A program made the translations under genes and the position numbers. A stretch of DNA of 64,000 nt from Chloroflexota bacterium (GTDB lineage Bacteria > Chloroflexota > Limnocylindria > P2-11E): positions 86,473 through 150,472 of the forward strand of contig JACQAT010000009.1 in assembly GCA_016194865.1 (NCBI GenBank). Direction: 5' to 3'. This document shows positions 15,177 to 24,640 of the stretch, one piece after another. Position 1 is the first letter of the stretch. Each line of letters begins with the position of its first letter. The notes under the pieces are model-generated. The model did no database searches and had not been told where the DNA came from. It saw only the letters and a list, made by a program, of their open reading frames with translations.

Positions 15177-15304
15177 CCCGGGGCGCGGTTGCACGGCCGT
15201 TACCAGACGCTGTCTGCCGGACGGACAGAGGGGCGGTCGGCTGACATCTCGTGCGGGGCGAGCGCTCGCTTGGTCTGGGCGCTCTCTCGCGATGCGAGAG
15301 GTGC

Positions 15305-15931
15305 TCAGCCCCGCTTTGGGTAGGCGAGCACCACGAAGCGCGGATCGCTGGGGTTCGGGCCGGTCGAGGTCTGCAGCGTCAGCCGCTCGCTGGTCGTGTG
15401 CTGCGCGACCGAGACATCGGTCGGGCCGACCCGCGGCAGCACCTCGCGGACCTCGTAGGTCAACAGCTTCCCGTCCGGCGTCGAGATGTACACGGTGTCG
15501 CCGGCCTTCGCGTCCCACAGCGACAGGAACATCCCGCGCCGCGCGTGCGCGTACAGGTACGTGTTGTCCGCCTGGCCGGGCAGGGCCGTCCCGGGCAGGT
15601 GGAACGCGAGATTCTCCGGCGTCTGCTGCAGGTCGATGTCGCGCCGCAGGTCGCCCTCCTGGATCGCGAGATCGATCGCCAGACGCGGGATCTGCACGCG
15701 ATAGCCGTCGGGGATCGCGCGCTGACCGGGCGTCGCGGTCGGCACGTCGGTCGTCGGTGGACGCGACGTCGCGAAGCTCGCGCTCGCGCTTGGCGTCGGC
15801 GTGGATACGGCGACGGGCACCGTCGCGCCGCCGCCCGTGATCAGCCACGCCCCGAGCACGAGCAGCAGCGCGCCGCCGACCATCGTGAGGCGCTGCGACA
15901 CGCGGCGATACGATGCACGACCGGTGCCCAC
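15305..15931 (-). CDS. Sortase-fold protein with Ser in place of the catalytic Cys
   Basis: N-terminal TM anchor. IPRLAIDLAIQEG...PGQADNTYLYAHARRGMF carries the His motif. LTLQTSTG sits where sortases have TLxTC (codon TCG). RFVVLA carries the Arg motif. Confidence 0.65.
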   Translation of the reverse strand: MGTGRASYRRVSQRLTMVGGALLLVLGAWLITGGGATVPVAVSTPTPSASASFATSRPPTTDVPTATPGQRAIPDGYRVQIPRLAIDLAIQEGDLRRDIDLQQTPENLAFHLPGTALPGQADNTYLYAHARRGMFLSLWDAKAGDTVYISTPDGKLLTYEVREVLPRVGPTDVSVAQHTTSERLTLQTSTGPNPSDPRFVVLAYPKRG

Positions 15932-16937
15932 GTTCTCCTCGGTGTTCGCACAGCGCCGCGAGCGCGCGGCCGCGGCGTGCCGCGCCGCCGGCGTCGCGGC
16001 GTTGCTCGTCGGCCCTGGCTCCGACCTCGCCTACCTCGCGGGCTATCGCATCCACACCAGCGAGCGGCTCAGCTGCCTCGTCATCACGGCGCGCGGCGCG
16101 ACCCTGGTCGTGCCCGAGCTCGAGGCGCCGCGCGCCCGGGCGGCCGCGCCCGACCTCGCGCTGGAGACCTGGCAGGAGACCGAGGACCCCATCGCATGCG
16201 TGAGCGGCCTGATCGATGGTGACGGCGCGGTCCTGGTCGGGGACCAGCTCTGGGCGACCTTCGTCCTCCGCGCGCAGCGCGCGATGCCCGCGCGGCGCTT
16301 CGATGTCGCGTCACTGATCACGCGCGACCTGCGCGCCGTGAAGGACAGCGGCGAGATCGCCGCCCTGCGCGCGGTCGGGGCGGCGGCGGATCGCGCGTTC
16401 GCGCGGATCCGCACGGCCTCGTTCGAAGGCCGGCGTGAGCGCGACATCGCGGACGATCTCGCGGCCGCGCTCAAGGCAGAGGGTCACGACGAGGTCGCGT
16501 TCACCATCGTCGCGAGCGGACCGAACGGGGCGTCTCCGCACCACGCGACGGGCGAGCGGACGGACGTCGACCGTGAGGTGCGGCTCGTGCACGACGTCGT
16601 CCGGCGGGCGCAGGAGGCCGGCTATCGCGCGGCGCGCGAGGGCGCGAGGGCTGCGTCGGTGGATGACGCGTCGCGCGCGGTGATCGAGGAGGCGGGGTAC
16701 GGCCGGTGGTTCGTGCATCGGACCGGGCACGGCATCGGTCTCGACGGGCACGAGCACCCGTACCTCGTGCGCGGGAACGACGAGCGGCTCAGTACAGGCA
16801 TGGCGTTCTCCATCGAGCCAGGGATCTACCTGCCGGGACGGTTCGGCGTGCGCATCGAGGACATCGCCTTCCTCGACGCCTCGGGTGCCGCGCAGCCCCT
16901 CAACGCGGCGGACCACGCGCTCGCGATCGTCGTGTGA
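15924..16937 (+). CDS. M24-family (Xaa-Pro peptidase-like) protein with internal deletion
   Basis: Creatinase-like N-domain, then ASGPNGASPHH, HRTGHGIGLDGHE, FSIEPGIY and RIEDI. The segment that normally carries the two Asp metal ligands is absent. Start is GTG 15924 or GTG 15942. Confidence 0.7.
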   Translation: MPTFSSVFAQRRERAAAACRAAGVAALLVGPGSDLAYLAGYRIHTSERLSCLVITARGATLVVPELEAPRARAAAPDLALETWQETEDPIACVSGLIDGDGAVLVGDQLWATFVLRAQRAMPARRFDVASLITRDLRAVKDSGEIAALRAVGAAADRAFARIRTASFEGRRERDIADDLAAALKAEGHDEVAFTIVASGPNGASPHHATGERTDVDREVRLVHDVVRRAQEAGYRAAREGARAASVDDASRAVIEEAGYGRWFVHRTGHGIGLDGHEHPYLVRGNDERLSTGMAFSIEPGIYLPGRFGVRIEDIAFLDASGAAQPLNAADHALAIVV

Positions 16938-17341
16938 CGATCGGGCGCCTCCTGGCGGCGGTGATCTCGACGACCGTCGGGCTCGCGTTCTGGTGGGGCC
17001 TGACCGAGCCGCTCCCGGTGCCGCCGCTCGTGCTGCTGGTGGTGCCGGCGCTCATCCTCGGCAGCACCGGGATCGTCGCGGGGCGCTCCGGCGTGGTGGC
17101 CGCGCCGCTGGCGCTGCTGTTCTCGCTGCTGCTCGGCAGCATCATCGCGACGCAGCTCCATCAGGCCTTCAACGCGGGCTTCGCTCCTGTCGGCCGTTTC
17201 GGAGGGTCGCTGCTGGTGCTCGAGTGGCCGGCGCTGGCGTTGCCGCTGCTCGTCGCCGCGTCGATCGGAGGCCTCGGCGGGTTGGTGGGCGAGCGCGTGC
17301 TGCCGTCGCTAGCGGAACACCAGCGGCGCCGCCGCCTGTAG
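16934..17341 (+). CDS. Integral membrane protein, hypothetical (135 aa)
   Basis: GTG at 16934 overlaps the upstream stop (GTGA). About four hydrophobic helices. Confidence 0.5.
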   Translation: MTIGRLLAAVISTTVGLAFWWGLTEPLPVPPLVLLVVPALILGSTGIVAGRSGVVAAPLALLFSLLLGSIIATQLHQAFNAGFAPVGRFGGSLLVLEWPALALPLLVAASIGGLGGLVGERVLPSLAEHQRRRRL

Positions 17342-18769
17342 CGCCCACGCGTAGACACCGTCGGGCAGCACGCCGACGACGACCACGAGGAACGCGGAGA
17401 GGCCGAGCGCGAGCGAGAGCAGCGGCGCGGGCACCAGGCGCGGGAGGCCCTCCCGCGGGTCGTACATGTACAGGTGCACGACGACCCGCAGGTAGTAGAA
17501 CGCGGCCAGCACCGCGTTGAGCGCGAGGATCACGGCAAGCCACACGAGGCCCGCGTCGAGGACCGGCTGGATCACGAAGACCTTCGCGACGAAGCCGACC
17601 GTCGGCGGGATGCCGGTCAGCGAGATCAGGAAGATCGCGAACGCCAGCGCGCCACCGGGACGCCGCTTCGCCAGACCGTCGAGCTCGTCGAGCGTCGCTC
17701 CCCGCGTGCCCTCCACGTCGAGATAGAGAAGGCACGCGAACGCGCCGAGGTTCATGACGCCGTACGCGAGCACGTAGAAGAGCACCGCGGCGGCGGACGG
17801 CGCGCCGGCCCTGTACGCGGCGACCGCGGCGAGGATGTAGCCGGTGTGCGCGATGCTCGAGTACGCGAGCATCCGCTTCACGTTCGCCTGCGCCAGCGCG
17901 ACGACGTTGCCCGCGGTCATCGTGATCGCCGCGAGCAGCGCGAGGACCAGGCTCCAGTCGACCGCGAGCGGCGTGAGCGCACCGTCGAAGATGCGGAGGA
18001 TCGCCGCGAAGGCGGCGGCCTTGGGCGCCACCGACATGAACGCGGTCGCTGGCGTCGGCGCGCCGTCGTACGCGTCGGGCGTCCACTGATGGAACGGGAC
18101 GACCGCGGCCTTGAAGCCGAGGCCCACCGTCACGAGCGCGAGCGCGATGAGCGTCGGCCCGCTGCTGAGACCGGTCTTGGCGATGGCGGGGCCGATCTTG
18201 GCGAATTCCGTCGCGCCGGTCACGCCGTAGACCCAGACGAAGCCGAAGAGCAGCAGCGCGGAGCTGAACGCACCGAGGAGGAAGTACTTGAGCGCGGCCT
18301 CGTTCGAGTAGCGGTCGTGCCGCTGCATGCCGGCGAGGACGTAGATCGGGATCGTCATCAGCTCGAGACCGACGAACAGCGTGATGAGGTCGTTCGACAG
18401 CGCGATCGTCATCGCGCCGAGCGTCGAGAAGCAGAGCGTCGCGTAGTACTCGCCGGGGGGCACGCGGCGTCGCGCCAGGTACTCCGGCGCGACGAGGGTC
18501 CCCAGCACCGCCAGGATGATGAAGACCGCACGGAAGAACGTCGTGAACGTGTCGACGAGCACGAATCCGGAGAAGTACGTGCCGCTGGCCGTCGTGATCG
18601 GCCCGCTGACGAGCGCGAGCAATAGGCCGGCGACGGTGATGAGCGCGAGCCAGGGCTTCGCGCGCGGACGCTCGAGCAGGGTATCGATGACCAGCACCGC
18701 GATCGCGGTGAGCGTCACGATGATCTCGGGCAGGATCGCGGCGAGGTCGCGGGCGGCGCTCGTGCTCAC
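17309..18769 (-). CDS. nuoN: NADH-quinone oxidoreductase subunit N
   Basis: GTG at 18769 overlaps the nuoM stop (GTGA). 486 aa antiporter-like subunit with LFVGLELMTIPIYVLAG, ALKYFLLGAFSSALLLFG and PFHQWTPDAYDGAP. Confidence 0.9.
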   Translation of the reverse strand: MSTSAARDLAAILPEIIVTLTAIAVLVIDTLLERPRAKPWLALITVAGLLLALVSGPITTASGTYFSGFVLVDTFTTFFRAVFIILAVLGTLVAPEYLARRRVPPGEYYATLCFSTLGAMTIALSNDLITLFVGLELMTIPIYVLAGMQRHDRYSNEAALKYFLLGAFSSALLLFGFVWVYGVTGATEFAKIGPAIAKTGLSSGPTLIALALVTVGLGFKAAVVPFHQWTPDAYDGAPTPATAFMSVAPKAAAFAAILRIFDGALTPLAVDWSLVLALLAAITMTAGNVVALAQANVKRMLAYSSIAHTGYILAAVAAYRAGAPSAAAVLFYVLAYGVMNLGAFACLLYLDVEGTRGATLDELDGLAKRRPGGALAFAIFLISLTGIPPTVGFVAKVFVIQPVLDAGLVWLAVILALNAVLAAFYYLRVVVHLYMYDPREGLPRLVPAPLLSLALGLSAFLVVVVGVLPDGVYAWALQAAAPLVFR

Positions 18770-20289
18770 TTGAAGAGCGCCAGCGCCGGATCCGTCGCGA
18801 GCGCGACGATCCGCTGCACCGAGGGCTCGATGATCGCGATGAACGGCTGCGGGAACACGCCCATGACGACGGTCAGCACGAGCAGCGGCGCCGCGCAGGC
18901 GACCTCGAGCGGCGACAGATCCGGCAGGGACCGGTACGCCTCCCTCACGACGCCGAACATCACGCGCTGGAACATCCACAGCAAATAGACCGCGGCGAGG
19001 ATCACGCCGATGGCCGCGAGCGGACCCCAGGTGAGGCCGCCGGGACCGGTCGGCGGGTTGAAGCGGAACGCCCCGAGCAGCACCAGGAATTCGCCGACGA
19101 AGCCGTTCAGCCCGGGCAGGCCGAGCGAGGCGAACACGAACACGCCGAAGAACGCCGTGTACAGCGGCCACCTGTTCGCGAGGCCGCCGAGGTCCGCGAT
19201 GAGCCGCTTGTGCGTCTTCTCGTATTGGATGCCGACGAAGAGGAAGAGCGCGCCCGTGACGATGCCGTGGTTCAGCATCTGGAGCACGGCGCCGACCCCA
19301 CCCTGCGCGTTCAACACGAAGATCCCGAGCGTGACGAAGCCCATGTGCGCGACCGACGAATACGCGACCAGCTTCTTCAGATCCCTCTGCACGGCGGAGA
19401 CGACCGCGCCGTAGAGGATCGCGATGACCGAGAGGACGATCAGCACCGGCAGCCAGGCCTGCGTGCCCCACGGAAAGAGCGGCAGCGCGAAGCGCAGGAA
19501 GCCGTAGCCGCCCGCCTTCAGCAGGACGCCCGCGAGGATGATCGAGCCCGCGGTCGGTGCCTCGACGTGGGCGTCGGGCAGCCAGGTGTGGAACGGGAAC
19601 ATCGGCATCTTGATCGCGAACGCCAGGCCGAAGGCCAGGAAGACCCAGAACTGGAAGTCGGCGGAGAACCGGTCGCGCACCGCCAGCAGCGCGGGCAGCG
19701 TCAGCGTGCGCGCGCCGGGCTCGCCGCTCGCCAGGTAGACCGCGATGATCCACACGAGCATGAGCAGGGAGCCTGCGAGCGTGAACAGCACGAACTTCAG
19801 CGTCGCGTAGAGCTTGCGCGGGCTGCCGCCCCAGATCCCGATGATCAGGTACATCGGGACGAGCATCAGCTCGAAGAACACGTAGAAGAGGAACAGGTCG
19901 ATCGCCAGGAAGACGCCGACCATGCCGACCTCGAGCAGGAGGAACGAGGCCATGTACTCGCCCACACGGTGCGTGATCGTCTTCGTCGAGTACAGGACCG
20001 CGAGGAAGGTCAGCAGCGTTGTCATGGCAACCAGCAGCACGGAGAGGCCGTCCACCGCGAGCTCGTAGCGGATGCCCAGGCTCGGCAGCCACGCCGCCGA
20101 CTCGCGCAGCTGGAAGCCCGCCTCGCCGACGCGGAACCGCGTCAGCATGTACAGCGACAGCAGCAGCTCGACGCCGGTGGTGACGACCGCGACCTGTCGC
20201 ACCGCGGCGGCGCTGCGCATGAAGACGAACAGCGGCACCAGGCCGAGCAGGGGGATCACGACGAGCAGGGTGAGGATGTGGTCGATCAC
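18766..20289 (-). CDS. nuoM: NADH-quinone oxidoreductase subunit M
   Basis: GTG at 20289 overlaps the nuoL stop. 507 aa with FYVFFELMLVPMYLIIGIWGG, FPFHTWLPDAHVEAPTAGS and AYSSVAHMG. Confidence 0.9.
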   Translation of the reverse strand: MIDHILTLLVVIPLLGLVPLFVFMRSAAAVRQVAVVTTGVELLLSLYMLTRFRVGEAGFQLRESAAWLPSLGIRYELAVDGLSVLLVAMTTLLTFLAVLYSTKTITHRVGEYMASFLLLEVGMVGVFLAIDLFLFYVFFELMLVPMYLIIGIWGGSPRKLYATLKFVLFTLAGSLLMLVWIIAVYLASGEPGARTLTLPALLAVRDRFSADFQFWVFLAFGLAFAIKMPMFPFHTWLPDAHVEAPTAGSIILAGVLLKAGGYGFLRFALPLFPWGTQAWLPVLIVLSVIAILYGAVVSAVQRDLKKLVAYSSVAHMGFVTLGIFVLNAQGGVGAVLQMLNHGIVTGALFLFVGIQYEKTHKRLIADLGGLANRWPLYTAFFGVFVFASLGLPGLNGFVGEFLVLLGAFRFNPPTGPGGLTWGPLAAIGVILAAVYLLWMFQRVMFGVVREAYRSLPDLSPLEVACAAPLLVLTVVMGVFPQPFIAIIEPSVQRIVALATDPALALFK

Positions 20290-22175
20290 CGTCGCAGCAC
20301 CCCGACCGCGTAGCCGCCGTAGACGACCATGATCGCGAGCAGGCCGGCGACGATCGAGAGCGCGTAATTCCCGACGATGCCGGTCTGCGCGCGGCGCAGG
20401 CCGCTCGCCGCGAGCGTGAACAGCCAGCCGAGCCGGTTCACGAGGCCGTCGATGATGTGCATGTCGAAGGCCCACGACGCGCCGGCGGCGCGCTTCGCGA
20501 GGTCGACGAAGCGGCGGTCGTAGAGCTCGTCGACGTAGTACCGATTGACGAGCAGCGTGTAGAGACCGCCCGCGGCCCGCGAGACGGCCGTCGGGTCGGG
20601 CCGGTGGCGCGCGTACATCGACAGGCCGACGCCGATGCCCACGAGCCCCGCGACGACCGACGCGAGCGCGAGCAGGACGATGGTCAGGTACTGCGGCTCG
20701 TGCTCGCTCACCTCGAGGGCAGGCGCCAGGAAGCGGTGGATGAAGCCGGCGTCGGGCGGGAAGCCGGCGAAACCGGCGGTCACGGCGCCGACCGCGAGCA
20801 GCATCAGCGGAAGCGTCATCACGCGCGGCGATTCGTGTGCGTGCTCGTGGAGGTGGTGGTCGCGCGGCTCGCCGTGGAACGTGAGCCACAGCGCGCGCGT
20901 CACGTAGAACGCGGTGAGCGCGCCGGTGAACACGCCGACCGCCCACAGCAGCGGGTAGCCGTTCTGGAACGCGGAGCAGACGATCTCGTCCTTCGACCAG
21001 AAGCCGGCGAGCGGCGGCAGCGCGGCGAGCGCCCCACCGGCGATGAGCATCGTCCAGTAGGTCACCGGCATCTTGCTCCGCAGGCCGCCCATCCTGCGCA
21101 TGTCCTGCTCGCCGCCGACGCTGTGGATCACGGAGCCGGAGCCGAGGAACAGCAGCGCCTTGAAGAAGGCGTGCGTCGCGAGGTGGAAGATCGCCGCGAT
21201 CGGCGCGCCGACGCCGAGCGCGAGGAACATGTAGCCGAGCTGGCTCACGGTCGAGTACGCCATCACGCGCTTGATGTCGAACTGCGCGAGCGCGATCGTC
21301 GCCGCGAAGATCGCGGTGAGCGCGCCGACGACGCCGACGATCTGGAGCGCGGGGCCGGCGGCGGCGAACAGCGGCGTGGACCGCGCGACGAGGTACACAC
21401 CGGCGGTGACCATCGTCGCCGCGTGGATGAGGGCCGAGACCGGCGTGGGGCCCTCCATGGCGTCCGGCAGCCACGAGGAGAGCGGCAGCTGCGCGGACTT
21501 CCCGGTCGCCCCCAGGAAGAAGGTGAGGCAGATCAGCAGCAGGACCCCCTGTGACGCGATGCCGACGCGGTCGAAGATCTCGACGTAGTTCAGCGTCCCG
21601 AACACGAGGAACGTCGTGATCATCCCGATCGTGTAGCCCCAGTCGCCGATGCGGTTCATGACGAAGGCCTTCTTCGCCGCCCCCGCCGGCTCCGGTCGCT
21701 CGAACCAGAAGCCGATGAGCAGGTACGAGCAGAGACCGACGCCCTCCCAGCCGACGAACATCAGGAGGTAGTTGTCGGCGAGGACCAGGATGAGCATCGC
21801 GAAGACGAAGAGCGGCAGCCAGGTGAAGAACCGCCAGAACCCGTCGTCGTGCTCCATGTAGCCGATCGAGTAGACGTGCACGAGGAACGAGACCACCGTG
21901 ACCACGAGGAGCATCACGCTCGAGAGCGGGTCGACGAGCGCGGCGACGTCGACGCGGAAATCCCCCACGCCGATCCACTCGTACAGCTGGACCACCGTGC
22001 GCGTCTTCCCGCCCAGGACCTCCGCGAATACGGCGATCGAGAGGAGCGCCGACAGCCCGATGGCGGCCGAGGCGATCGGGCCGGTCGCGTGCTTCAGCCA
22101 GCGCTTCCCGAAGCACAGATTGATGAGGAACGCGGCGAGCGGGAACAGCGGGATGAGCCAGGCGAGGGCGATCAT
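20286..22175 (-). CDS. nuoL: NADH-quinone oxidoreductase subunit L
   Basis: ATG at 22175 overlaps the nuoK stop (ATGA). 629 aa with MFVGWEGVGLCSYLLIGFW, GKSAQLPLSSWLPDAMEGPTPVSALIHAATMVTAG, and a long C-terminal amphipathic region. Confidence 0.9.
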   Translation of the reverse strand: MIALAWLIPLFPLAAFLINLCFGKRWLKHATGPIASAAIGLSALLSIAVFAEVLGGKTRTVVQLYEWIGVGDFRVDVAALVDPLSSVMLLVVTVVSFLVHVYSIGYMEHDDGFWRFFTWLPLFVFAMLILVLADNYLLMFVGWEGVGLCSYLLIGFWFERPEPAGAAKKAFVMNRIGDWGYTIGMITTFLVFGTLNYVEIFDRVGIASQGVLLLICLTFFLGATGKSAQLPLSSWLPDAMEGPTPVSALIHAATMVTAGVYLVARSTPLFAAAGPALQIVGVVGALTAIFAATIALAQFDIKRVMAYSTVSQLGYMFLALGVGAPIAAIFHLATHAFFKALLFLGSGSVIHSVGGEQDMRRMGGLRSKMPVTYWTMLIAGGALAALPPLAGFWSKDEIVCSAFQNGYPLLWAVGVFTGALTAFYVTRALWLTFHGEPRDHHLHEHAHESPRVMTLPLMLLAVGAVTAGFAGFPPDAGFIHRFLAPALEVSEHEPQYLTIVLLALASVVAGLVGIGVGLSMYARHRPDPTAVSRAAGGLYTLLVNRYYVDELYDRRFVDLAKRAAGASWAFDMHIIDGLVNRLGWLFTLAASGLRRAQTGIVGNYALSIVAGLLAIMVVYGGYAVGVLRR

Positions 22176-22483
22176 CCCTTGAGCGCCCTGACCTCGTCGA
22201 CGTCGACGGTCGGCCGGTTGCGGTACGCGGAGAGCACGATAGCGAGCCCGACCGCGACCTCTGCGGCCGCGATGACGAAGACGAAGACGACGAAGACGCT
22301 GCCGCGCTGATCGATCGCGCCGAAGCGGCGCGAGAAGGCCACGAGCGCGAGGTTCGCGGCGTTGAGCATGAGCTCGACGCACATGAGGATCACCACGGCA
22401 TTGCGCCGCGTGAGCACGCCGGCCACGCCGATGAAGAACAGCGCGGACGAGATGACGAGATAGGCGCCGAGCGGCACGTGCAT
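22172..22483 (-). CDS. nuoK: NADH-quinone oxidoreductase subunit K
   Basis: 103 aa. Contains MCVELMLNAANLALVAF and AAAEVAVGLAIVL. Confidence 0.9.
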   Translation of the reverse strand: MHVPLGAYLVISSALFFIGVAGVLTRRNAVVILMCVELMLNAANLALVAFSRRFGAIDQRGSVFVVFVFVIAAAEVAVGLAIVLSAYRNRPTVDVDEVRALKG

Positions 22484-22995
22484 CAGGGCAGCTCCTCGTC
22501 CTCGTCGCGCCGGACGAGCACGATCGCGCCGACCATGGCCGCGAGCAGCAGGACCGAAGCGACCTCGAACGGGAACGCGTAGTCGCCGAAGAGGCTCGTC
22601 GCGAGCGGGATCAGGTCGCCGCCGCGCGGCTGGAGGTCGGGTGCGTCCTTGAACGAGAAGGAGAACACGAGGACCGGCAGGGCGATCAGCGCCACGACGA
22701 CACCCGCCAAAGGCGTCTGCTTCTGGAAGAACAGCGCGTACGCGCGATGCCGCTGCGGCGTGAACATCACTCCGTAGAGGATCAGGACGGTGATCGCGCC
22801 GACGTAGATGAGCACCTGAAAGAGCGCGACCGCCTCGGCGCCGAGGAGCAGGAACATTCCCGCGACGCACAGGAACGTGAAGGCCATGAGCAGGGCGGCC
22901 GAGGTGATGCGGTCGATGAGCACGACCGCCGCGGCCGCGCCGACGATCCCCACCGCGAGGATCGCGAAGACGATCGGCTCGATGAGGTCGAACAC
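22483..22995 (-). CDS. nuoJ: NADH-quinone oxidoreductase subunit J
   Basis: GTG at 22995, 170 aa. Contains AFTFLCVAGMFLLLGAEAVALFQVLIYVGAITVLILYGVM. It starts 1 nt after the nuoH stop. Confidence 0.85.
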   Translation of the reverse strand: MFDLIEPIVFAILAVGIVGAAAAVVLIDRITSAALLMAFTFLCVAGMFLLLGAEAVALFQVLIYVGAITVLILYGVMFTPQRHRAYALFFQKQTPLAGVVVALIALPVLVFSFSFKDAPDLQPRGGDLIPLATSLFGDYAFPFEVASVLLLAAMVGAIVLVRRDEDEELP

Positions 22996-22996
22996 G

Positions 22997-24127
22997 CTAT
23001 GCGAGGGTGGCCGCGCGGACGCGCCCGCGGAAGCGCCCGAGGCGGCGCTTCTGCATGAAGGGCAGCCCGAAGACGAGGAACGCGACACCGAGCCAGTTCA
23101 CGATCGCGACGGGCCACAGCTGACCCGGGTACGCCAGCAGCAGCACGGCCGTCGCGAGGATGTTCGTGAGCGCGATCGGGATGAGCACCTTCCAGCAGAA
23201 GCCCATGAGCTGATCGATGCGCAGGCGCGGGAGGGTGGCGCGGATCCACATGAACGCGATCACGAACGCGTACGTCTTGAGGGTGAACCACAGGATGCCC
23301 AGCGCGGGCACGGCGTCGACGCCCGGCCCGTGCCAGCCGCCGAACCAGAGCGTGGTCATGATCGCGCAGACCACCGTGACCTCGCCGTACTCGGCGAGGA
23401 AGAACACGCCCCAGCGCATGCCCGAGTACTCCGTGAGGAACCCGGCGACGAGCTCCGACTCCGCTTCGGGCAGGTCGAACGGCGCGCGGTTCGTCTCCGC
23501 GAGGGCGGCGATGAAGTAGGTGACGAACGCGAGCGGCAGGACGAGCACGTTGACCAATGGCCCGGGCTGCGACTCGGTGATCGCCACCATGGACATCGAG
23601 CCGACGGCGAGGACGACCGTCACGAGCGCCAGGATCTGCGGGACCTCATACGAGATCAGCTGGCCGGCCGAGCGTAGCCCGCCGATGAGCGAGTACTTGT
23701 TGTTCGACGCCCAGCCGGCGATGACGATGCCGAGCACCGTCATGGAGCCGAGCGTCGTGAGGTAGAGCAGGCCGATGTTGCGGTCCATGCCGGTGAAGTC
23801 CTTGGAGAACGGGAGCACCACGAACGACGCCAGCATCGGCGCGAAGACGATCGCGGGCGCGGCGATGAAGAACGCCGAATCGGTCAGGCGCGCGCGGACG
23901 TCCTCCTTGCCGAGCAGCTTCAGCGCGTCGGCGAACGTCTGCAGCAGGCCGAACGGGCCGACGTGCAGCGGCCCGTAGCGGTCCTGGATGATCGCCTGGA
24001 CCTTCCGCTCGAGATAGATCTGCAGCAGCGCTCCGTTCAGGACGAGGAGCACGGCGAGGACGAGCGCGATGAGCAGCCGGAGCACCGCCCAGATGACGGG
24101 ATCGATGCCGAAGGGACCGACGGCCAA
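22997..24127 (-). CDS. nuoH: NADH-quinone oxidoreductase subunit H
   Basis: 376 aa. Contains YLERKVQAIIQDRYGPLHVGPFGLLQTFADALKLLGKED, ETNRAPFDLPEAESELVAGF and TEYSGMRW. Confidence 0.92.
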   Translation of the reverse strand: MAVGPFGIDPVIWAVLRLLIALVLAVLLVLNGALLQIYLERKVQAIIQDRYGPLHVGPFGLLQTFADALKLLGKEDVRARLTDSAFFIAAPAIVFAPMLASFVVLPFSKDFTGMDRNIGLLYLTTLGSMTVLGIVIAGWASNNKYSLIGGLRSAGQLISYEVPQILALVTVVLAVGSMSMVAITESQPGPLVNVLVLPLAFVTYFIAALAETNRAPFDLPEAESELVAGFLTEYSGMRWGVFFLAEYGEVTVVCAIMTTLWFGGWHGPGVDAVPALGILWFTLKTYAFVIAFMWIRATLPRLRIDQLMGFCWKVLIPIALTNILATAVLLLAYPGQLWPVAIVNWLGVAFLVFGLPFMQKRRLGRFRGRVRAATLA

Positions 24128-24130
24128 GGC

Positions 24131-24640
24131 CTAGCCTCCGCGCGCGTCGCTACGCGGCGGCAGGAACGACTTGCGGAGCGGATGTCCGGGGAACGACTCC
24201 TCCAGAAAGATGCGGCGCAGGTCGGGATGGCCGTCGAACACGATGCCGAACATGTCGTAGGTCTCGCGCTCCGGCCAATCTGCGCCGGTCCAGACCGCGC
24301 ACAGGGACGGCACGTGCGGATCGAGCTCCGTGCACGACGTGCGCAGCATCGCTGCCACGTGTGTCGCGGTCCCGCGGACGAAGGTCACCGAGCGCAGCTC
24401 GCTGCCGGTGTCGACGCCGGCGTTGGTCGAGTACAGATCGCAGCGCGTCCGCGCGTCGTCGCGGACCAGCGTGGCGGCGGCCAGCAGGTGCTCGCGCGGC
24501 ACGTCGATGACCAGGAGGTCGTGCAGCGTGGTGACCGTCGCGCGGCCCGCGAGCGTCGCGCGGATCGCGGTCGCGATGGCCTCGAGGCCGGCCGCGGGCC
24601 GCGGCGCGCTCAGTACCACCGCAGCGCCCCCTTGCGCCAC
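24131..24640 (-). CDS. nuoC: NADH-quinone oxidoreductase subunit C (30-kDa subunit)
   Basis: Contains [36 protein letters not shown]. 162-169 aa (ATG 24640, or GTG 24619 which overlaps the nuoA stop). Too short to be a NuoC-D fusion. Confidence 0.88.
   Translation of the reverse strand: MAQGGAAVVLSAPRPAAGLEAIATAIRATLAGRATVTTLHDLLVIDVPREHLLAAATLVRDDARTRCDLYSTNAGVDTGSELRSVTFVRGTATHVAAMLRTSCTELDPHVPSLCAVWTGADWPERETYDMFGIVFDGHPDLRRIFLEESFPGHPLRKSFLPPRSDARGG

Noticed and set aside
24131-24640. Possibility that the NuoC gene is a NuoC-NuoD fusion, which would explain the missing nuoD.
   Set aside because: The protein is only 162-169 aa and ends just after the NuoC GHPLRK motif. nuoH starts 3 nt later, so no NuoD-length sequence exists.
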